From a virus (lineage: Duplodnaviria; Caudoviricetes), in IMG/VR virus record IMGVR_UViG_3300049928_000004, positions 7,045 to 71,044 of that record: a DNA stretch of 64,000 nucleotides. The stretch is one strand, 5' to 3'. The position numbers were made by a program, and so were the translations under genes. Positions 36,226 through 46,488 of the stretch are shown here, piece after piece; position 1 is the stretch's first letter, and each line of letters starts with the position of its first letter. The notes beneath the pieces were generated by a model, which saw nothing but the letters and a program-made list of their open reading frames with translations, had not been told where the DNA came from and did no database searches.

Positions 36226-37620
36226 TTATGGCGTCGTCAGAATGGTCGCGTGATCACGGGCGACGTAGCCTGCCTGCGTGGTGTAGCCGATGGCGTTCGG
36301 GTGCGCGGAGTCGGGCATCATCACGCCCACAGAGCCATCGACCGAGCCGACCCATGTGGAGACATCCGCGTACACGACGTTTGCATTTCCGAGAGCGCTG
36401 ACCGCCGCCTGAATCTTGGCGTTCTTGCCGAGGTTCACGCTCTGGTTGACTGTCATCGTTCCCCGGCAGATGACGCGCGTCCAGCCGGCGGTCAAGCATG
36501 CGTTGATGAGGTTCGTGTAGTCGCCCTGGAAGCTGGCGTCGTCCGCGGAGTTGAACCCGATTGATAGCAGGATCGTGTGCTTCTTCGGGTACTGTGGCGC
36601 CCACAGCGGCATCGCGACGACGGCCTGCGCGACCGTCTGCCCCGAATTCCCAGAGCCCCCGACAGCGATGCCCGGAATGAGCGGCATCACTTGGTACATG
36701 TCGGTGGCGCCGATGGTGGCGCCAGCGCCTTGAACCTGCGATGCGCCGAACACGCAGACGTTGATCTTCGTGTTGTTGGACGCCGCCAACGTGGCCGTAG
36801 GGCCGGCGATCATCACCGATTGGCAAATGGGGTTGTTGGCCCCCAGCGAGTCGCTGTTGAGGATCACCTCTTGCAGCGTGTTCGGATCAAGCGCGAGGCC
36901 AGGGATCTGCTTCCACTCCAGACAGTTGAGTCCACTGATCTGCGTCGTCGGCATCAGCGTTGCCTGCGTCATGGCGCTGCCGTTGATCGAGTACCAGAAC
37001 GACGTTTCCGACGTGAACACCCAGATTCCGGTGCCTTGGGCGCGGAAGTGCATGGAGCCGTTGAACGGACCCCAATTGGTGCCCGTTCCGCCGTTGTTCG
37101 TGACGGCGTAAGTCGGCGTGATGGCGGCGCCCTGTGCGGGCAACGTTCCGTAGGTGTGGTACCCGGGAAATGCGGGGTCGTTCAGGTTGTACTGCACCCC
37201 GAGCGGTGTCCATGTGGGGTTGACACCCTGCACCGTCAGCACCGCAGAGCCAGAGCTGCTGGTATCGCCGAAGCCCGTCGAGTTCTCGGGACGCACAACC
37301 ACGAGGTGGGGTCCATCCGTAAGGCCGGTAAACAGCGTGCACAGGCCACCAGACACGGTGAGTTGCTGCTCGGCGCCACCATCGACGCGCACACGAAACG
37401 GTGTCGTGTCACCAGCGAAGGTCACGTTCAGTTGCGCCTGGGTGCCGCTGACATAGCCGATCAGCGCTGACTTGTTCACCACCCAGCCGCGACGGTTCGC
37501 ATTGGTTGAGAGGTCGAAATATCCCGAATAGCCGTTCGACACAGCCGCATCGTTGAACGTGCGCTGGATGCTAGGCGCATACGCACCGCGCCCGCGAATG
37601 TTGCGCGGGCGAGTCCTCAC
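36226..37620 (-). CDS. SGNH hydrolase-domain protein
   Basis: FGASQ, IGFNS and DSAHPNAIGY blocks at the C-terminus. Confidence 0.65.
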   Translation of the reverse strand: MRTRPRNIRGRGAYAPSIQRTFNDAAVSNGYSGYFDLSTNANRRGWVVNKSALIGYVSGTQAQLNVTFAGDTTPFRVRVDGGAEQQLTVSGGLCTLFTGLTDGPHLVVVRPENSTGFGDTSSSGSAVLTVQGVNPTWTPLGVQYNLNDPAFPGYHTYGTLPAQGAAITPTYAVTNNGGTGTNWGPFNGSMHFRAQGTGIWVFTSETSFWYSINGSAMTQATLMPTTQISGLNCLEWKQIPGLALDPNTLQEVILNSDSLGANNPICQSVMIAGPTATLAASNNTKINVCVFGASQVQGAGATIGATDMYQVMPLIPGIAVGGSGNSGQTVAQAVVAMPLWAPQYPKKHTILLSIGFNSADDASFQGDYTNLINACLTAGWTRVICRGTMTVNQSVNLGKNAKIQAAVSALGNANVVYADVSTWVGSVDGSVGVMMPDSAHPNAIGYTTQAGYVARDHATILTTP

Positions 37621-39239
37621 GAGGTGGCGCCCTGCATTGCGTCCATGCCGCCGGCGATCAGTGTGAAGTCGATCTTGGCGGCCGTGGCATTGGCTGCGGT
37701 ATTGCGGTAGACCGCAGCGAGCAGGCCGGTCGCTGCCACGGGGATGTTCGCGGTGATCGTCCCCGTCGCCTTGACGAGAGTCACGCGGTTGATGATGTAG
37801 TAGTCAATTGCCGGCGTCGCACCTCCGCGCAGATTGATCCAGCACTCGTAGACGTCGGCCGTGTTGGTGTTGGCTGGGAAGCCTGCGCCGCCATTCAGAA
37901 CGGTCTTCGTGCAAGCGCCCGAACCATCGTTCGTCATGAACGTGAGCTGCGTGTCCGTCGAGTCGGCGCCGAAAAAGGCGCAATTCAACAACGCTGATGG
38001 CTCCACCGTCACACCGGGAACACCCGACAAGAGGCCGCCGCCCACACGGCATGCCGTCAGCGCATCCGCAACGTTGAAGACGTAGCGAGACGGCTGCGGG
38101 ATCCAGGTGGTGGCCGTGTCCGGCATGATGAAGTGCGCACCGGAGGTAACCGTCGAGTAGTACGAGTTGGAGTTGACTGCGGCGGCACTGACGACACCGA
38201 CGCGCTTCTTGAAACCGACCCCCGTGACCACACCGGTACTGGCCGTCAGCGTGCCCACCAGCGAGCCCCCGGGAGTACCGTAGGAGCTAACCGAGACGCC
38301 GCCGACCTGCCCGGGCTCGATGCGGAAATTGCAACCGCACCCGATGTCCAGCGTCATGCCACCACCAGACGTTGCCGGGTCGGTGGTGCCCGCCGTCCAC
38401 GAGCCATCAGGGGTGCCCTTACGCACGACAGAAACGATCCTCGTGGCGCTGCCAGTGATCGTCTTGCCATCCGGCGTCACGAGTGTCGGAACACCGGTCG
38501 CCGTCGCCAAGGTATGAACCTCGAAATAGTCGTCGAGCGTCGTGCCGCCAGATGCGTCCAACTGAACAGTTAGCGTTGCATTGCCGCCGTTCCACCAGAT
38601 AGAGCGATTGCCGTGCGTGTTGCGCACAAGATTCGTTGCAGCGGTCAGCGTGACCGGCGCAAGCGTCGTTTCCTTGGTGGCGAGCGCCGCTGCGAGACTG
38701 GTGTTGTCCGTGGCGTTCCCGGCCGGCACCGTGGCCGCAAAGGTCACCGAGCCAGCGCCAGCGACCGGTGACAGCGTCCAGGTTCCCGGGGTAAAGCAGA
38801 ACAGGCAATCATCCTGCGAGACCGACGTAATGCTGTCGATGGCCGGGCTGAGTGTAGTGGTGCCAGCCGTGGTGTTGCGATACGCCACACCCAGGACGGC
38901 CGTCCCCGATGTCAACGTAGGCGTGCCGCCGCCCGCGGAGGCCGCCCAGTTGGTCGGAACCGGGAGTGCGCCAACGTCAGCAGGCGTGTTCACCGGGTGC
39001 GCATGATCCTGGCGCGCGTAAGTCGTTGCGGAGCCAACTGCGCCGGAGCCCACGGCCTTCGGGCTAACCGTAGATGCAGGAGTTCCGCCGCCGCCAGCGC
39101 CCACAAGCGTCGCCACTTGCGCGCCGGTGTTGTCGGCCGTCAGAATCGTCGGGGCGCCTGACGTGGCATCAACTGAGATGCCGATCTTCGGCGTGATCGT
39201 TGAGTTCTGGTCGACCAGAAATGCGTTAGGTGCAGTCAT
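37617..39239 (-). CDS. Fibre-like hypothetical virion protein
   Basis: Gly/Thr/Ala-rich, ARQDHAHP motif; coupled in operon. Confidence 0.55.
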   Translation of the reverse strand: MTAPNAFLVDQNSTITPKIGISVDATSGAPTILTADNTGAQVATLVGAGGGGTPASTVSPKAVGSGAVGSATTYARQDHAHPVNTPADVGALPVPTNWAASAGGGTPTLTSGTAVLGVAYRNTTAGTTTLSPAIDSITSVSQDDCLFCFTPGTWTLSPVAGAGSVTFAATVPAGNATDNTSLAAALATKETTLAPVTLTAATNLVRNTHGNRSIWWNGGNATLTVQLDASGGTTLDDYFEVHTLATATGVPTLVTPDGKTITGSATRIVSVVRKGTPDGSWTAGTTDPATSGGGMTLDIGCGCNFRIEPGQVGGVSVSSYGTPGGSLVGTLTASTGVVTGVGFKKRVGVVSAAAVNSNSYYSTVTSGAHFIMPDTATTWIPQPSRYVFNVADALTACRVGGGLLSGVPGVTVEPSALLNCAFFGADSTDTQLTFMTNDGSGACTKTVLNGGAGFPANTNTADVYECWINLRGGATPAIDYYIINRVTLVKATGTITANIPVAATGLLAAVYRNTAANATAAKIDFTLIAGGMDAMQGATS

Positions 39240-39241
39240 GG

Positions 39242-40087
39242 TCAGGCTTCCCAGATGAATTCGAAGTAGGCTGATCCGCCCTGAGCGCCCGCCTGATTGC
39301 CGGCGCCACCGCCGCCACCACCGCCATAGGAGGTAGCTGCCGGCGAGCCTGCTGCGACTGGGCCGGTCTGTGAACCGCCCACGCCACCGCGGCCATCACC
39401 GAATGCGGTGCAGCCGCCAGAGCCGCCGCCTCCGTTGGAAGCCTGCAGGGCGCCGCCGGCCAAGTTGCCTTCGGTATTTCCGCCCATGTAGAGGCTGGTG
39501 CCGCCGGCGAAGTTGACTGCGCCACCAGCGCCGCCGCCGCCAGCGTTGCCGCCGCCGCTGCGCATGCCGAACGCGCCAGTGCCCGCCGAGGAACTGCCGC
39601 CCGCACCGCCCGCACCCGCACCGCCGACACCGCCCGAAGTCGTGCCGCCTGCGCCTGCTCCACCGTTGCCGCCGTTCGTGGTCGCGCCGGCATTGCCGTT
39701 GCCGCCGCCGTTGTAGACGCGCGTTCCGATCGTGGTGCTGGCGATGCTGGCGTTTGCGCCGGCCGTCCCAGCCGCACCGATTGCACCACCCGCGCCACCC
39801 ACCGGAACCGTCACCGTGATCGTTTCACCCGGCGTTACAGTGAGCAGAGATCCCCACATGATCGTGCCGGAGCAGCCGCCGCCACCGCCGCCGCCTGCCG
39901 TCGCGAAGCCGCCACCGCCACCGCCACCGGGACCGACTCCATTGACTCGAAGTTGATAGACGTTGGCCGGGACTGTGAATGAGTACGGGCCCGGACCGGC
40001 CGCGATGACTGCGCCGTCCTGGGTGAAGTTCGTCGGATTGAACGTCGCCAGGTGCTGTCGGCGAACGGCGCTGAAGATCGAGCTCAT
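39242..40087 (-). CDS. Glycine-rich protein
   Basis: GGGGGGG runs; ITVTVPVGGAGG and GAQGGSAY motifs. Confidence 0.7.
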   Translation of the reverse strand: MSSIFSAVRRQHLATFNPTNFTQDGAVIAAGPGPYSFTVPANVYQLRVNGVGPGGGGGGGFATAGGGGGGGCSGTIMWGSLLTVTPGETITVTVPVGGAGGAIGAAGTAGANASIASTTIGTRVYNGGGNGNAGATTNGGNGGAGAGGTTSGGVGGAGAGGAGGSSSAGTGAFGMRSGGGNAGGGGAGGAVNFAGGTSLYMGGNTEGNLAGGALQASNGGGGSGGCTAFGDGRGGVGGSQTGPVAAGSPAATSYGGGGGGGAGNQAGAQGGSAYFEFIWEA

Positions 40088-40096
40088 ATCGATCCC

Positions 40097-40846
40097 TTAC
40101 GCGACGAGTGCGTCATAGAACGAGTCGGCCGCGCCGATCGTCTTGGTGGGACCGGTCGACGAGTTCGTGACTACGATCCCCGTCGAGAACGGCCGCCCGC
40201 GCAGGCCGAAATCGAACGACCCCATGCCGCCGGCCGGAACGTTGATGATGCGAACGGGGACAGCGGTATCGGCCGGGAGGGTGGCCGAGTTGTGCAGTTG
40301 GTAGAACTGCGCCGACGCCGACGAGTTGTAGAACGACACCTCGTACAGCGTGCCGGCGCTGGCCTTGAGGACGTGCGACGCCTCGTAGGCAGTGCTACTG
40401 ACTGCCGTCGCCGCGGCCACCGTGGCGATGGCCACGGCGTTGGTCGTCCCAGGGGTCGTCTGATCGATGCCGACCTTGCCGATGATGGCCGCGCCGGCGC
40501 CGAGGGCGCCGCCCGCCTGGAAGGGCGATCCGAGCGCGGTGATCAGGCTGGTGATGCGCTGGGCGATGCGCTGCAGGCGACCGTTGAGTCCGCTCGATGC
40601 GGTGTCGCTGGCCGGCGCAGTCTCGGTGAGAGCACCAACCTCGGTGTTGGTCAGGTTCGCCGTAGTGATCTGCGTGGCCTGATTCGCGGCCGATGCGTCT
40701 CCGCCGCCGCCTCCACCACCCCCCGTCGTCGAAACTACCTGGGCAAACGTTCCGTCGCCCATGTCCTTCCAGCGAACAGGCAGGCCAGGCTTCGAGCCGT
40801 CGGTCGCGCCAGGCGTGACGCTTTCGCCAGCAATGAAGTCGGCCAT
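40097..40846 (-). CDS. Hypothetical protein
   Basis: AAGGA RBS, ATG at 40846; C-terminal VLKASAGTLY...FSTGIVV domain. Confidence 0.6.
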   Translation of the reverse strand: MADFIAGESVTPGATDGSKPGLPVRWKDMGDGTFAQVVSTTGGGGGGGGDASAANQATQITTANLTNTEVGALTETAPASDTASSGLNGRLQRIAQRITSLITALGSPFQAGGALGAGAAIIGKVGIDQTTPGTTNAVAIATVAAATAVSSTAYEASHVLKASAGTLYEVSFYNSSASAQFYQLHNSATLPADTAVPVRIINVPAGGMGSFDFGLRGRPFSTGIVVTNSSTGPTKTIGAADSFYDALVA

Positions 40847-41143
40847 AAATTTCCTTTGGTGGGTGCCCGCGCCCGCCGCCGCGCCGCAAGGGCGTGCCGC
40901 CATTCACGCGGGGAGAAAGTCCCGCGAGTGCTCGTTCCACGTCGCGGGCGGCCGGAGTTAGAAGCCACGGCCCGGCTGGGCTGCTCCCTGTGCTCGCGGA
41001 CTGACGTCCTGGATGAGCGAGGCGGGAGCGGCGGTTGTTTCAGTGGGCGCGGACGCGCGCCCTGCCCCACGGCACCTCAAGCGCCACCAGGCCCAGTCTC
41101 CGAAGGAGCCACGGAGGCAGCAGCGCGAGAAGCCGACGGAGGA

Positions 41144-41440
41144 TCACGCTGCGGTGATCGTTGCCTTCTGGCTCGCGTCGGGAACCGTCAGGGTGACGGT
41201 GGTCAGCGGAGCCACGAAGGGATCGGACGGCAGCGAACTCATGCCGTTCTTGCTCACGACGAGGACGACGGTCGCGCCTTCAGGTAGGTCGGCCTGCAGC
41301 GACGGCGTCGCCGAGGTCAGCGTGTTGGTGTAGCCGCCGCCGTCGGCGAGCGTGCCGCTCAGCGAGAACGACCACTCGGTGTCGGCGGTGCCGATCGGGA
41401 AGACGATGGAGGCGGTCGGCGTCGAGAGGGTGGCGGTCAT
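41144..41440 (-). CDS. Hypothetical Ig-like protein, near the start of the late operon
   Basis: ATG at 41440; beta-rich composition. Confidence 0.55.
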   Translation of the reverse strand: MTATLSTPTASIVFPIGTADTEWSFSLSGTLADGGGYTNTLTSATPSLQADLPEGATVVLVVSKNGMSSLPSDPFVAPLTTVTLTVPDASQKATITAA

Positions 41441-41586
41441 GGGTGGACTTTCAGGAAAAGGAGGGCTGAGCCAAGAGGTTGCCCTCGGCACCCGGGACGG
41501 ATCTGCTGTTGCGCCAACTCTGGCGCTGCGCGTGACGCTGGGTCAATGCGCTGCAGGGTTTACCGGGCGGTCGTCGGGCTCAGCCC

Positions 41587-41620
41587 AAAAAGAAAGCCAC
41601 CGCGAGGACTCGGGTGGCTT
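41587..41620 (-). terminator. tR'-like terminator
   Basis: AAGCCACC...GGTGGCTT stem followed by TTTCTTTTT on the minus strand, about 110 nt after pR'. Confidence 0.7.
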
Positions 41621-41732
41621 GTGTCTTTGCGCAATGCGCTGCCTATCTGGAGGCTGCCGGTCTGGCCGGCTTACCCGCTGGCGCGGGAGATGGATTCACT
41701 TGGCGGGACGCAACCGAGCCAAGCGTGCGGAC

Positions 41733-41761
41733 AGCATAGCGCGATAATTTCAGTGCGGCAA
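41733..41761 (-). promoter_or_regulatory. pR'-like late promoter
   Basis: TTGCCG-17-TATGCT directly downstream of the Q-like region. Confidence 0.65.
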
Positions 41762-41768
41762 GCGCGCG

Positions 41769-42137
41769 TCATTCCGGATGAGCTTCGACCCAGTCTTGAA
41801 GCGCGCCAGGCTCATTATCCCGATAGAGTTTCACTGCGTATCTCAGTCGGCGAATGCGCTCCGCGAAATCGGCCTGCCACGGTCGGTCGAACTCATCGAG
41901 CAACACTTCCCCGGTGTTCGTTTCAACGATCCTGGCGCTGTAGCCACCATTCGTGCAGGGCGGCTGGAAGAAGCCTTCCCATTCCTCGCCCCAGAGTAGG
42001 CTGCGATTGCAATCGCAACTGTTGCCATCCTCCGTCCACAACCAGAGGCGAGTCTTCGGAGACGGCGATGCGAAATTGTCGGCGTGAGTGCGAATCTCGC
42101 CCGTCTCATTGTTTCGGAGTTGGATAGTGACGTTCAC
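41769..42137 (-). CDS. Hypothetical protein
   Basis: CDCNR motif; coupled to the upstream gene. Confidence 0.6.
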   Translation of the reverse strand: MNVTIQLRNNETGEIRTHADNFASPSPKTRLWLWTEDGNSCDCNRSLLWGEEWEGFFQPPCTNGGYSARIVETNTGEVLLDEFDRPWQADFAERIRRLRYAVKLYRDNEPGALQDWVEAHPE

Positions 42138-43036
42138 GCCACCGCAACCCCGTAGGCCCGCGCCGCCGTCGTGCCCGGATCATCCCGAAGTCGTGCGCTC
42201 ATCTCGCGCGTGGCGCGCCCGAGCATGATCTCGACCTCGGTCATGAGGTAGCCGGCGAAGTCGTCCTCGTCCTTGGTCTTGCCGATCTTCGTGTTGCGCT
42301 TACCTGAGCCGCCGCAGCCGCCCTTGCGCATGTCGTTGCAGATCCGTTGCGGGTTGCGGTCGTAGCCACCATTGAAGCCGCGGCCCTCGCAGCGGTAGCA
42401 GTTCGGATCGAGCACCAGGTCGAGAACTCGGCCGGCGAGCGCCAGGACGACAGTGCGTTGCTGGTTCTTGCCCTTGCGCCATGCCGAGACGAGCATGGAC
42501 TTGTCGGGGTCGACCGCCGGCAGCGGGCCGATGTCCATAAAGCGGCGCTTGTTAGCCATCAGCAGCGCCCACTGCTGGAAGGCTTCGCGGGTCGATGCGA
42601 GACTGGGCAAGTGGATCAGCACATGCGCGTGGGCCATCTTGGCTTCAAACGCGACGCGGTCACGGAGATGTTCTCCAGCCTTGAGAATGAGCGCGTGCAA
42701 CTCGGCCGACGTCATCTCTGGATCGCCTCGGCGCTGGCGACGCCCGCTCTCGCCCTCGATGGTCTTTGTGGCGTCAGCCCGGGCCGATTCACGTGAATTG
42801 CCCGCTTCAAGGTTGCGGCGGGCGATAGCACGTTGGCCGCGAACCTCGTCGTACTCAGCCATGAGCCGGAAGAGCATTGGTCCGAGCGTCTGAGGCCGAC
42901 TGATGTGGGCGCAGAGCCCGGCGGCAAGGATGATGTCGGCGTCACCTCGGCGGTGCTCGGAGAGGACGAGGCGCTTAGTCCCGATGGCTTTGCTGTAGCG
43001 CTCGGACATGGTCATCGGCTCGTTCGTCATGGTCAT
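42134..43036 (-). CDS. Late antiterminator (Q-like) with zinc finger
   Basis: CYRCEGRG...C....GCGGSG motif; last large early gene before pR'/tR'. Confidence 0.65.
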   Translation of the reverse strand: MTMTNEPMTMSERYSKAIGTKRLVLSEHRRGDADIILAAGLCAHISRPQTLGPMLFRLMAEYDEVRGQRAIARRNLEAGNSRESARADATKTIEGESGRRQRRGDPEMTSAELHALILKAGEHLRDRVAFEAKMAHAHVLIHLPSLASTREAFQQWALLMANKRRFMDIGPLPAVDPDKSMLVSAWRKGKNQQRTVVLALAGRVLDLVLDPNCYRCEGRGFNGGYDRNPQRICNDMRKGGCGGSGKRNTKIGKTKDEDDFAGYLMTEVEIMLGRATREMSARLRDDPGTTAARAYGVAVA

Positions 43037-43145
43037 CCTTGGCCGTCAGGTGCTCGGCTGGGCACCCCATCTGCCCATTTTCCTGCGTCCCGCCCAGAAT
43101 CGACAAGCGTTGCGGCGTGGATTGCCGTAAACGATGCGGCGTGGG

Positions 43146-43691
43146 CTACTGGACTGCGGCACGTACGAGCGCTCGGAAGTAGTCGCGAATCTCTCGCAGC
43201 TCGGCGATTGAATGGACTTTCTTCTCGGTGCATGTCTCCAGCCGTTCTACCTCGGCGGGGCCGATCCGGCGCAGCAATTCAGCACGGAATCTAACGAGGT
43301 TCCCGTGGAGTTTCGTGTTGCATGGACTGCACTGGGCGTGCAAATTTTCAGTTGAGAATGTCAGCGCCTCGCTCTCACCAGCCGCGATGTAGTGTCCCGC
43401 ATCTACCTTGCCCTTGTGGTGCCGGCCGCAACTCACGCACGGTTTTCCAGCGTCTCGAATGAGGATCCATTGATTGCAGACCCGCTGCGCCTCAGCGAGC
43501 CATTTGGCGCGCGGTTTCATGGCCAGCAACTTCTCCCGTGTCTCTCGCCGATCCGCCGCCGCGGCCCTCTTCTGCACGTTCACCCACCGCTGGGCGCAGC
43601 GCGGCGAACAGGCGGCATGTGTGTCGCTCCGCGGCGCGAACAGTTGGGGGCAGACGGCGCACTTCCGGTTCTCGAGTGCGGTCTCGCTCAA
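43146..43691 (-). CDS. ninG: NinG/Rap recombination endonuclease
   Basis: IRD...PCVSCG, DAGHY and NLHAQC..CN motifs. Confidence 0.85.
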   Translation of the reverse strand: MSETALENRKCAVCPQLFAPRSDTHAACSPRCAQRWVNVQKRAAAADRRETREKLLAMKPRAKWLAEAQRVCNQWILIRDAGKPCVSCGRHHKGKVDAGHYIAAGESEALTFSTENLHAQCSPCNTKLHGNLVRFRAELLRRIGPAEVERLETCTEKKVHSIAELREIRDYFRALVRAAVQ

Positions 43692-44227
43692 GCGGCAGCC
43701 TCCGCCCTCTTCCGCGCTGGCGCCCGGTACCGGACCGCATCGCGTTCCGACGGCAGGAACACGAAGGCCACGCCGAACTCCAGCACCGCCGTGTCGATCA
43801 CGAGGTCGATGTATTCGCTGTAGGCCTTGAGTCCAAGGTCCTCGGTGCTCACGCGCTCGCGGTGAGGCGTCTTGCGCTTCGGCTTGACCCAGGCCCGTAG
43901 GGAATCATCCCAGCGCGGAACGGCCTTCAGCACCCAGCGGTCGCCGAGGAAACGCGCACGGAACATTTCCTTCCAGACCCGCCACTCGAAGCGCGTGCCG
44001 TCGGGGAATGTGACCTGCTCGCTGATCTGCGGGAGGACTGCCTTATGCAAGAAGCCACGCTGCCGAATCGAGAGTTCGTCCTCCGCCTCTTCCAGCCTGA
44101 ACCGCGCGCGCTTCCCGTCGGCGATCAGCCCCCGCGCGCGCTCGTAGGCTGCGGTGGCGATCTTGTAGGCGCCCTCGCGGGTGCTGACGATGACGTCGAT
44201 GGCTTCGGTCATGCCGTCGCGCCCCAT
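43688..44227 (-). CDS. NinB-like protein
   Basis: S.RQ..FLH, WKEMFR.RFLG and STEDL...YSEYID motifs. Confidence 0.65.
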   Translation of the reverse strand: MGRDGMTEAIDVIVSTREGAYKIATAAYERARGLIADGKRARFRLEEAEDELSIRQRGFLHKAVLPQISEQVTFPDGTRFEWRVWKEMFRARFLGDRWVLKAVPRWDDSLRAWVKPKRKTPHRERVSTEDLGLKAYSEYIDLVIDTAVLEFGVAFVFLPSERDAVRYRAPARKRAEAAA

Positions 44228-44442
44228 GCCTTCTTGACCGCCTCACGCAGCCGCCGGCCGGCTTCTGCGCCTTCTCGCGCGTCGACTTGCTCGATGTACT
44301 GCGCGCGCCTTGACTTGTTGTCGGCTCCACGCATCCTCAAAACAGCCTCGACATGGCCGTGTCGGTTGAAGCATTCGATCTTCCATGCTTCGGAGGCACT
44401 GTCGACTTCGCTGTCGTCGATGAGCGTGACGGTCGAAATCAT
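44209..44442 (-). CDS. Hypothetical phage protein
   Basis: VDSASEAWKIEC...RRAQYI...GRRLREAV; ATG at 44442. Confidence 0.55.
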   Translation of the reverse strand: MISTVTLIDDSEVDSASEAWKIECFNRHGHVEAVLRMRGADNKSRRAQYIEQVDAREGAEAGRRLREAVKKAWGATA

Positions 44443-44692
44443 TCCGTACCCCGGGCGCGCGCCTTGCCGCAACCTTCGACCAATCTGACCGAGGATCGAA
44501 CCGTGGAACAACTCGCACCGTGGCGGCTGGACGAAGAGCGCGAATTCCGACGCTCGGCGCTGCTCAATGCGCCGCATCTGATGGACCATCTGGCGCCCTG
44601 GCCGGCTGCGGACTGGCTGGCGGCAATGACGATTCGGGAGCTGGCGCCGCCGAAGGATGAGCCGTATCGGGGTGAGGAAAGGCGGCGTCCGG

Positions 44693-44914
44693 TCATGCGC
44701 TGACCTCACTGTTGCGGGTGCGGCGCAGGCGAAGTTTCAGCTCCGCGTCTGCGACCCAGCCGATTGCGTTCATGTCGCCATCCTCGGATCCACACCAATC
44801 CGCCATGCGGGCTACGACGTGCATAGGCGCATCGCGGAAATAGTGCCATCGGCCGTTGAGATAGCGCCACGCGATGCGTACCGACCAAACTTGTAGTTCG
44901 ATCCAGTTCCTCAT
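44693..44914 (-). CDS. Hypothetical protein
   Basis: ATGA-coupled start at 44914. Confidence 0.5.
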   Translation of the reverse strand: MRNWIELQVWSVRIAWRYLNGRWHYFRDAPMHVVARMADWCGSEDGDMNAIGWVADAELKLRLRRTRNSEVSA

Positions 44915-45417
44915 GATGCCCATTCCTTTGGAAACGTTGAGGTGTCGGGGACTTCGACCGTTGCAGGCCAATAGTTCGCGGCGACGAGGCGGCGGATCGT
45001 CTTGACGTGTGCATCCCACCACTTCTCCCGCCGATCGGCCTCGCTCCATGTCTTGCCCTGATCGAGTTCGTGGTGACAGGGCGGGCAGGCGCTTGCACAT
45101 CGGGTGTCGGTCGCCTTGACGCTCTTGCCCTTGCCGTGGATAGACCAGTTGCTGTGGGCGCCGACGATCTCGCCCTTCGCCCAGTAGCCGCAGAACTGGC
45201 ACGGGATGAGGCGGTAGGCCTCGATCAGCTTCGCGTTGCGCACGTAGGGGAACTTCGGCGTCGAAGCGAAGACTGGCGCACTCGGCGCCGGCACCCGGTA
45301 CAGCCTCGGCGCGATGCGCTCGATGGTGACGACGAGGTCATCGTCCAGCGGCAGCGTGACGTGGGCGGGCAGTTTGCGGCGGAATGATGTCCGCTTCATC
45401 GGTGCGCCGCGGTTCAT
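44911..45417 (-). CDS. Zn-binding HNH-like protein (DUF968/DUF1364-like)
   Basis: CQFCG...AH...GKGKSVKATD...AC..CH. Confidence 0.65.
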   Translation of the reverse strand: MNRGAPMKRTSFRRKLPAHVTLPLDDDLVVTIERIAPRLYRVPAPSAPVFASTPKFPYVRNAKLIEAYRLIPCQFCGYWAKGEIVGAHSNWSIHGKGKSVKATDTRCASACPPCHHELDQGKTWSEADRREKWWDAHVKTIRRLVAANYWPATVEVPDTSTFPKEWAS

Positions 45418-45635
45418 GGAGTCGTCTTCCTGCAGACCTGATGCCCTGCCGAATCCATCCGTGGCGTCAGACCGCTGAATGCGTGACTGAGGTACTGGCA
45501 ACCAGTGAGGCTGTCGGTGTACAAACCCATGCCGCTGCGGCCGGATGGCGGATCGGTGTCATCGCGCCCGACCGGCCCGAACATGAGCAACGCGCCGAGC
45601 GACAGAAATGCCGCACCGAAAATGATGTCCTTCAC
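45414..45635 (-). CDS. DUF6440-like small membrane protein
   Basis: TM segment, then YTDSLTGCQYL...GLTPRMD. Confidence 0.65.
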   Translation of the reverse strand: MKDIIFGAAFLSLGALLMFGPVGRDDTDPPSGRSGMGLYTDSLTGCQYLSHAFSGLTPRMDSAGHQVCRKTTP

Positions 45636-46003
45636 GCTTCCACCCCGATCCGCATCATGTCCCGTACCCACTCGCGCGCCCGACGCGCCAGAGAACGCCA
45701 CGGATGCGCCACAGCATCCAGTTCCTCGCTCATCTTGCCGACCAACTCGTAGGCCGACTTACGGTCCGCTCGGAGGTGCGCGTTGTCCTTGCGCAAGTCG
45801 CGGACGCTCTGCTCCAGGCCCGTGATGCGGTCGCGCAGGGCATCCGCTTCCTCGCCTGCAATGCGTGCCGCGACTTGGGCGCGAAGCATGGCTCGGTGGT
45901 TCTCGTCCGACTTCTCGCGGAGTCGGGACTCGCGGCTGCGGGCGATCTCGACTCGGTTGTTTGCGCGGTCGATGGTGGGTTGGTAGTCGCGTTGGCGGCT
46001 CAT
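45632..46003 (-). CDS. Coiled-coil hypothetical protein
   Basis: Coupled ORF. Confidence 0.55.
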   Translation of the reverse strand: MSRQRDYQPTIDRANNRVEIARSRESRLREKSDENHRAMLRAQVAARIAGEEADALRDRITGLEQSVRDLRKDNAHLRADRKSAYELVGKMSEELDAVAHPWRSLARRAREWVRDMMRIGVEA

Positions 46004-46488
46004 GGGGTGACCTCCGGCAACGGCTCAGCCGAGAATGGTCCGGATTCGTAGCGCTCAATCTCGTTGCCGCGCAGTAGTGAGAACAGCGAGCATGCGATGT
46101 CGCCGCAGCGTCGTGCCAGGTCTTCCGTCGTCTCGTCGCCCGGGATGTCATCTTCGACTGTCGCGAGCGCATTCGATGCGGCATTGAGCGCGCGGTGAGC
46201 GTGCTTCGCCATCTCTCGCAAAGCGGTGTTCTCGTCCAGCGGCTTGTTGCTCACAGCGCGGTCACGACGCTTGCGGAACTCGCAGATTCGCTCGCGCAGG
46301 CTTCGTGCAAACTCATCGCGAGTCATGCTGGCGTCGTAGATTGTGTCTTCGGCGACATCGTCACTTTCCTCGCGGCGAAGACGGAGCGTGTCCTCCTCGG
46401 CGATAGCCTGCAGCATGCGCTCGGCAGCGCCGGCCATGTATTCGGCGTGCTCCAGTGCATAGTCGGTCGGGGTGCGGTCGGCGCTCAT
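46000..46488 (-). CDS. Hypothetical protein (carries the EMAKHAHRALN module)
   Basis: ATGA-coupled start at 46488. Confidence 0.55.
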   Translation of the reverse strand: MSADRTPTDYALEHAEYMAGAAERMLQAIAEEDTLRLRREESDDVAEDTIYDASMTRDEFARSLRERICEFRKRRDRAVSNKPLDENTALREMAKHAHRALNAASNALATVEDDIPGDETTEDLARRCGDIACSLFSLLRGNEIERYESGPFSAEPLPEVTP

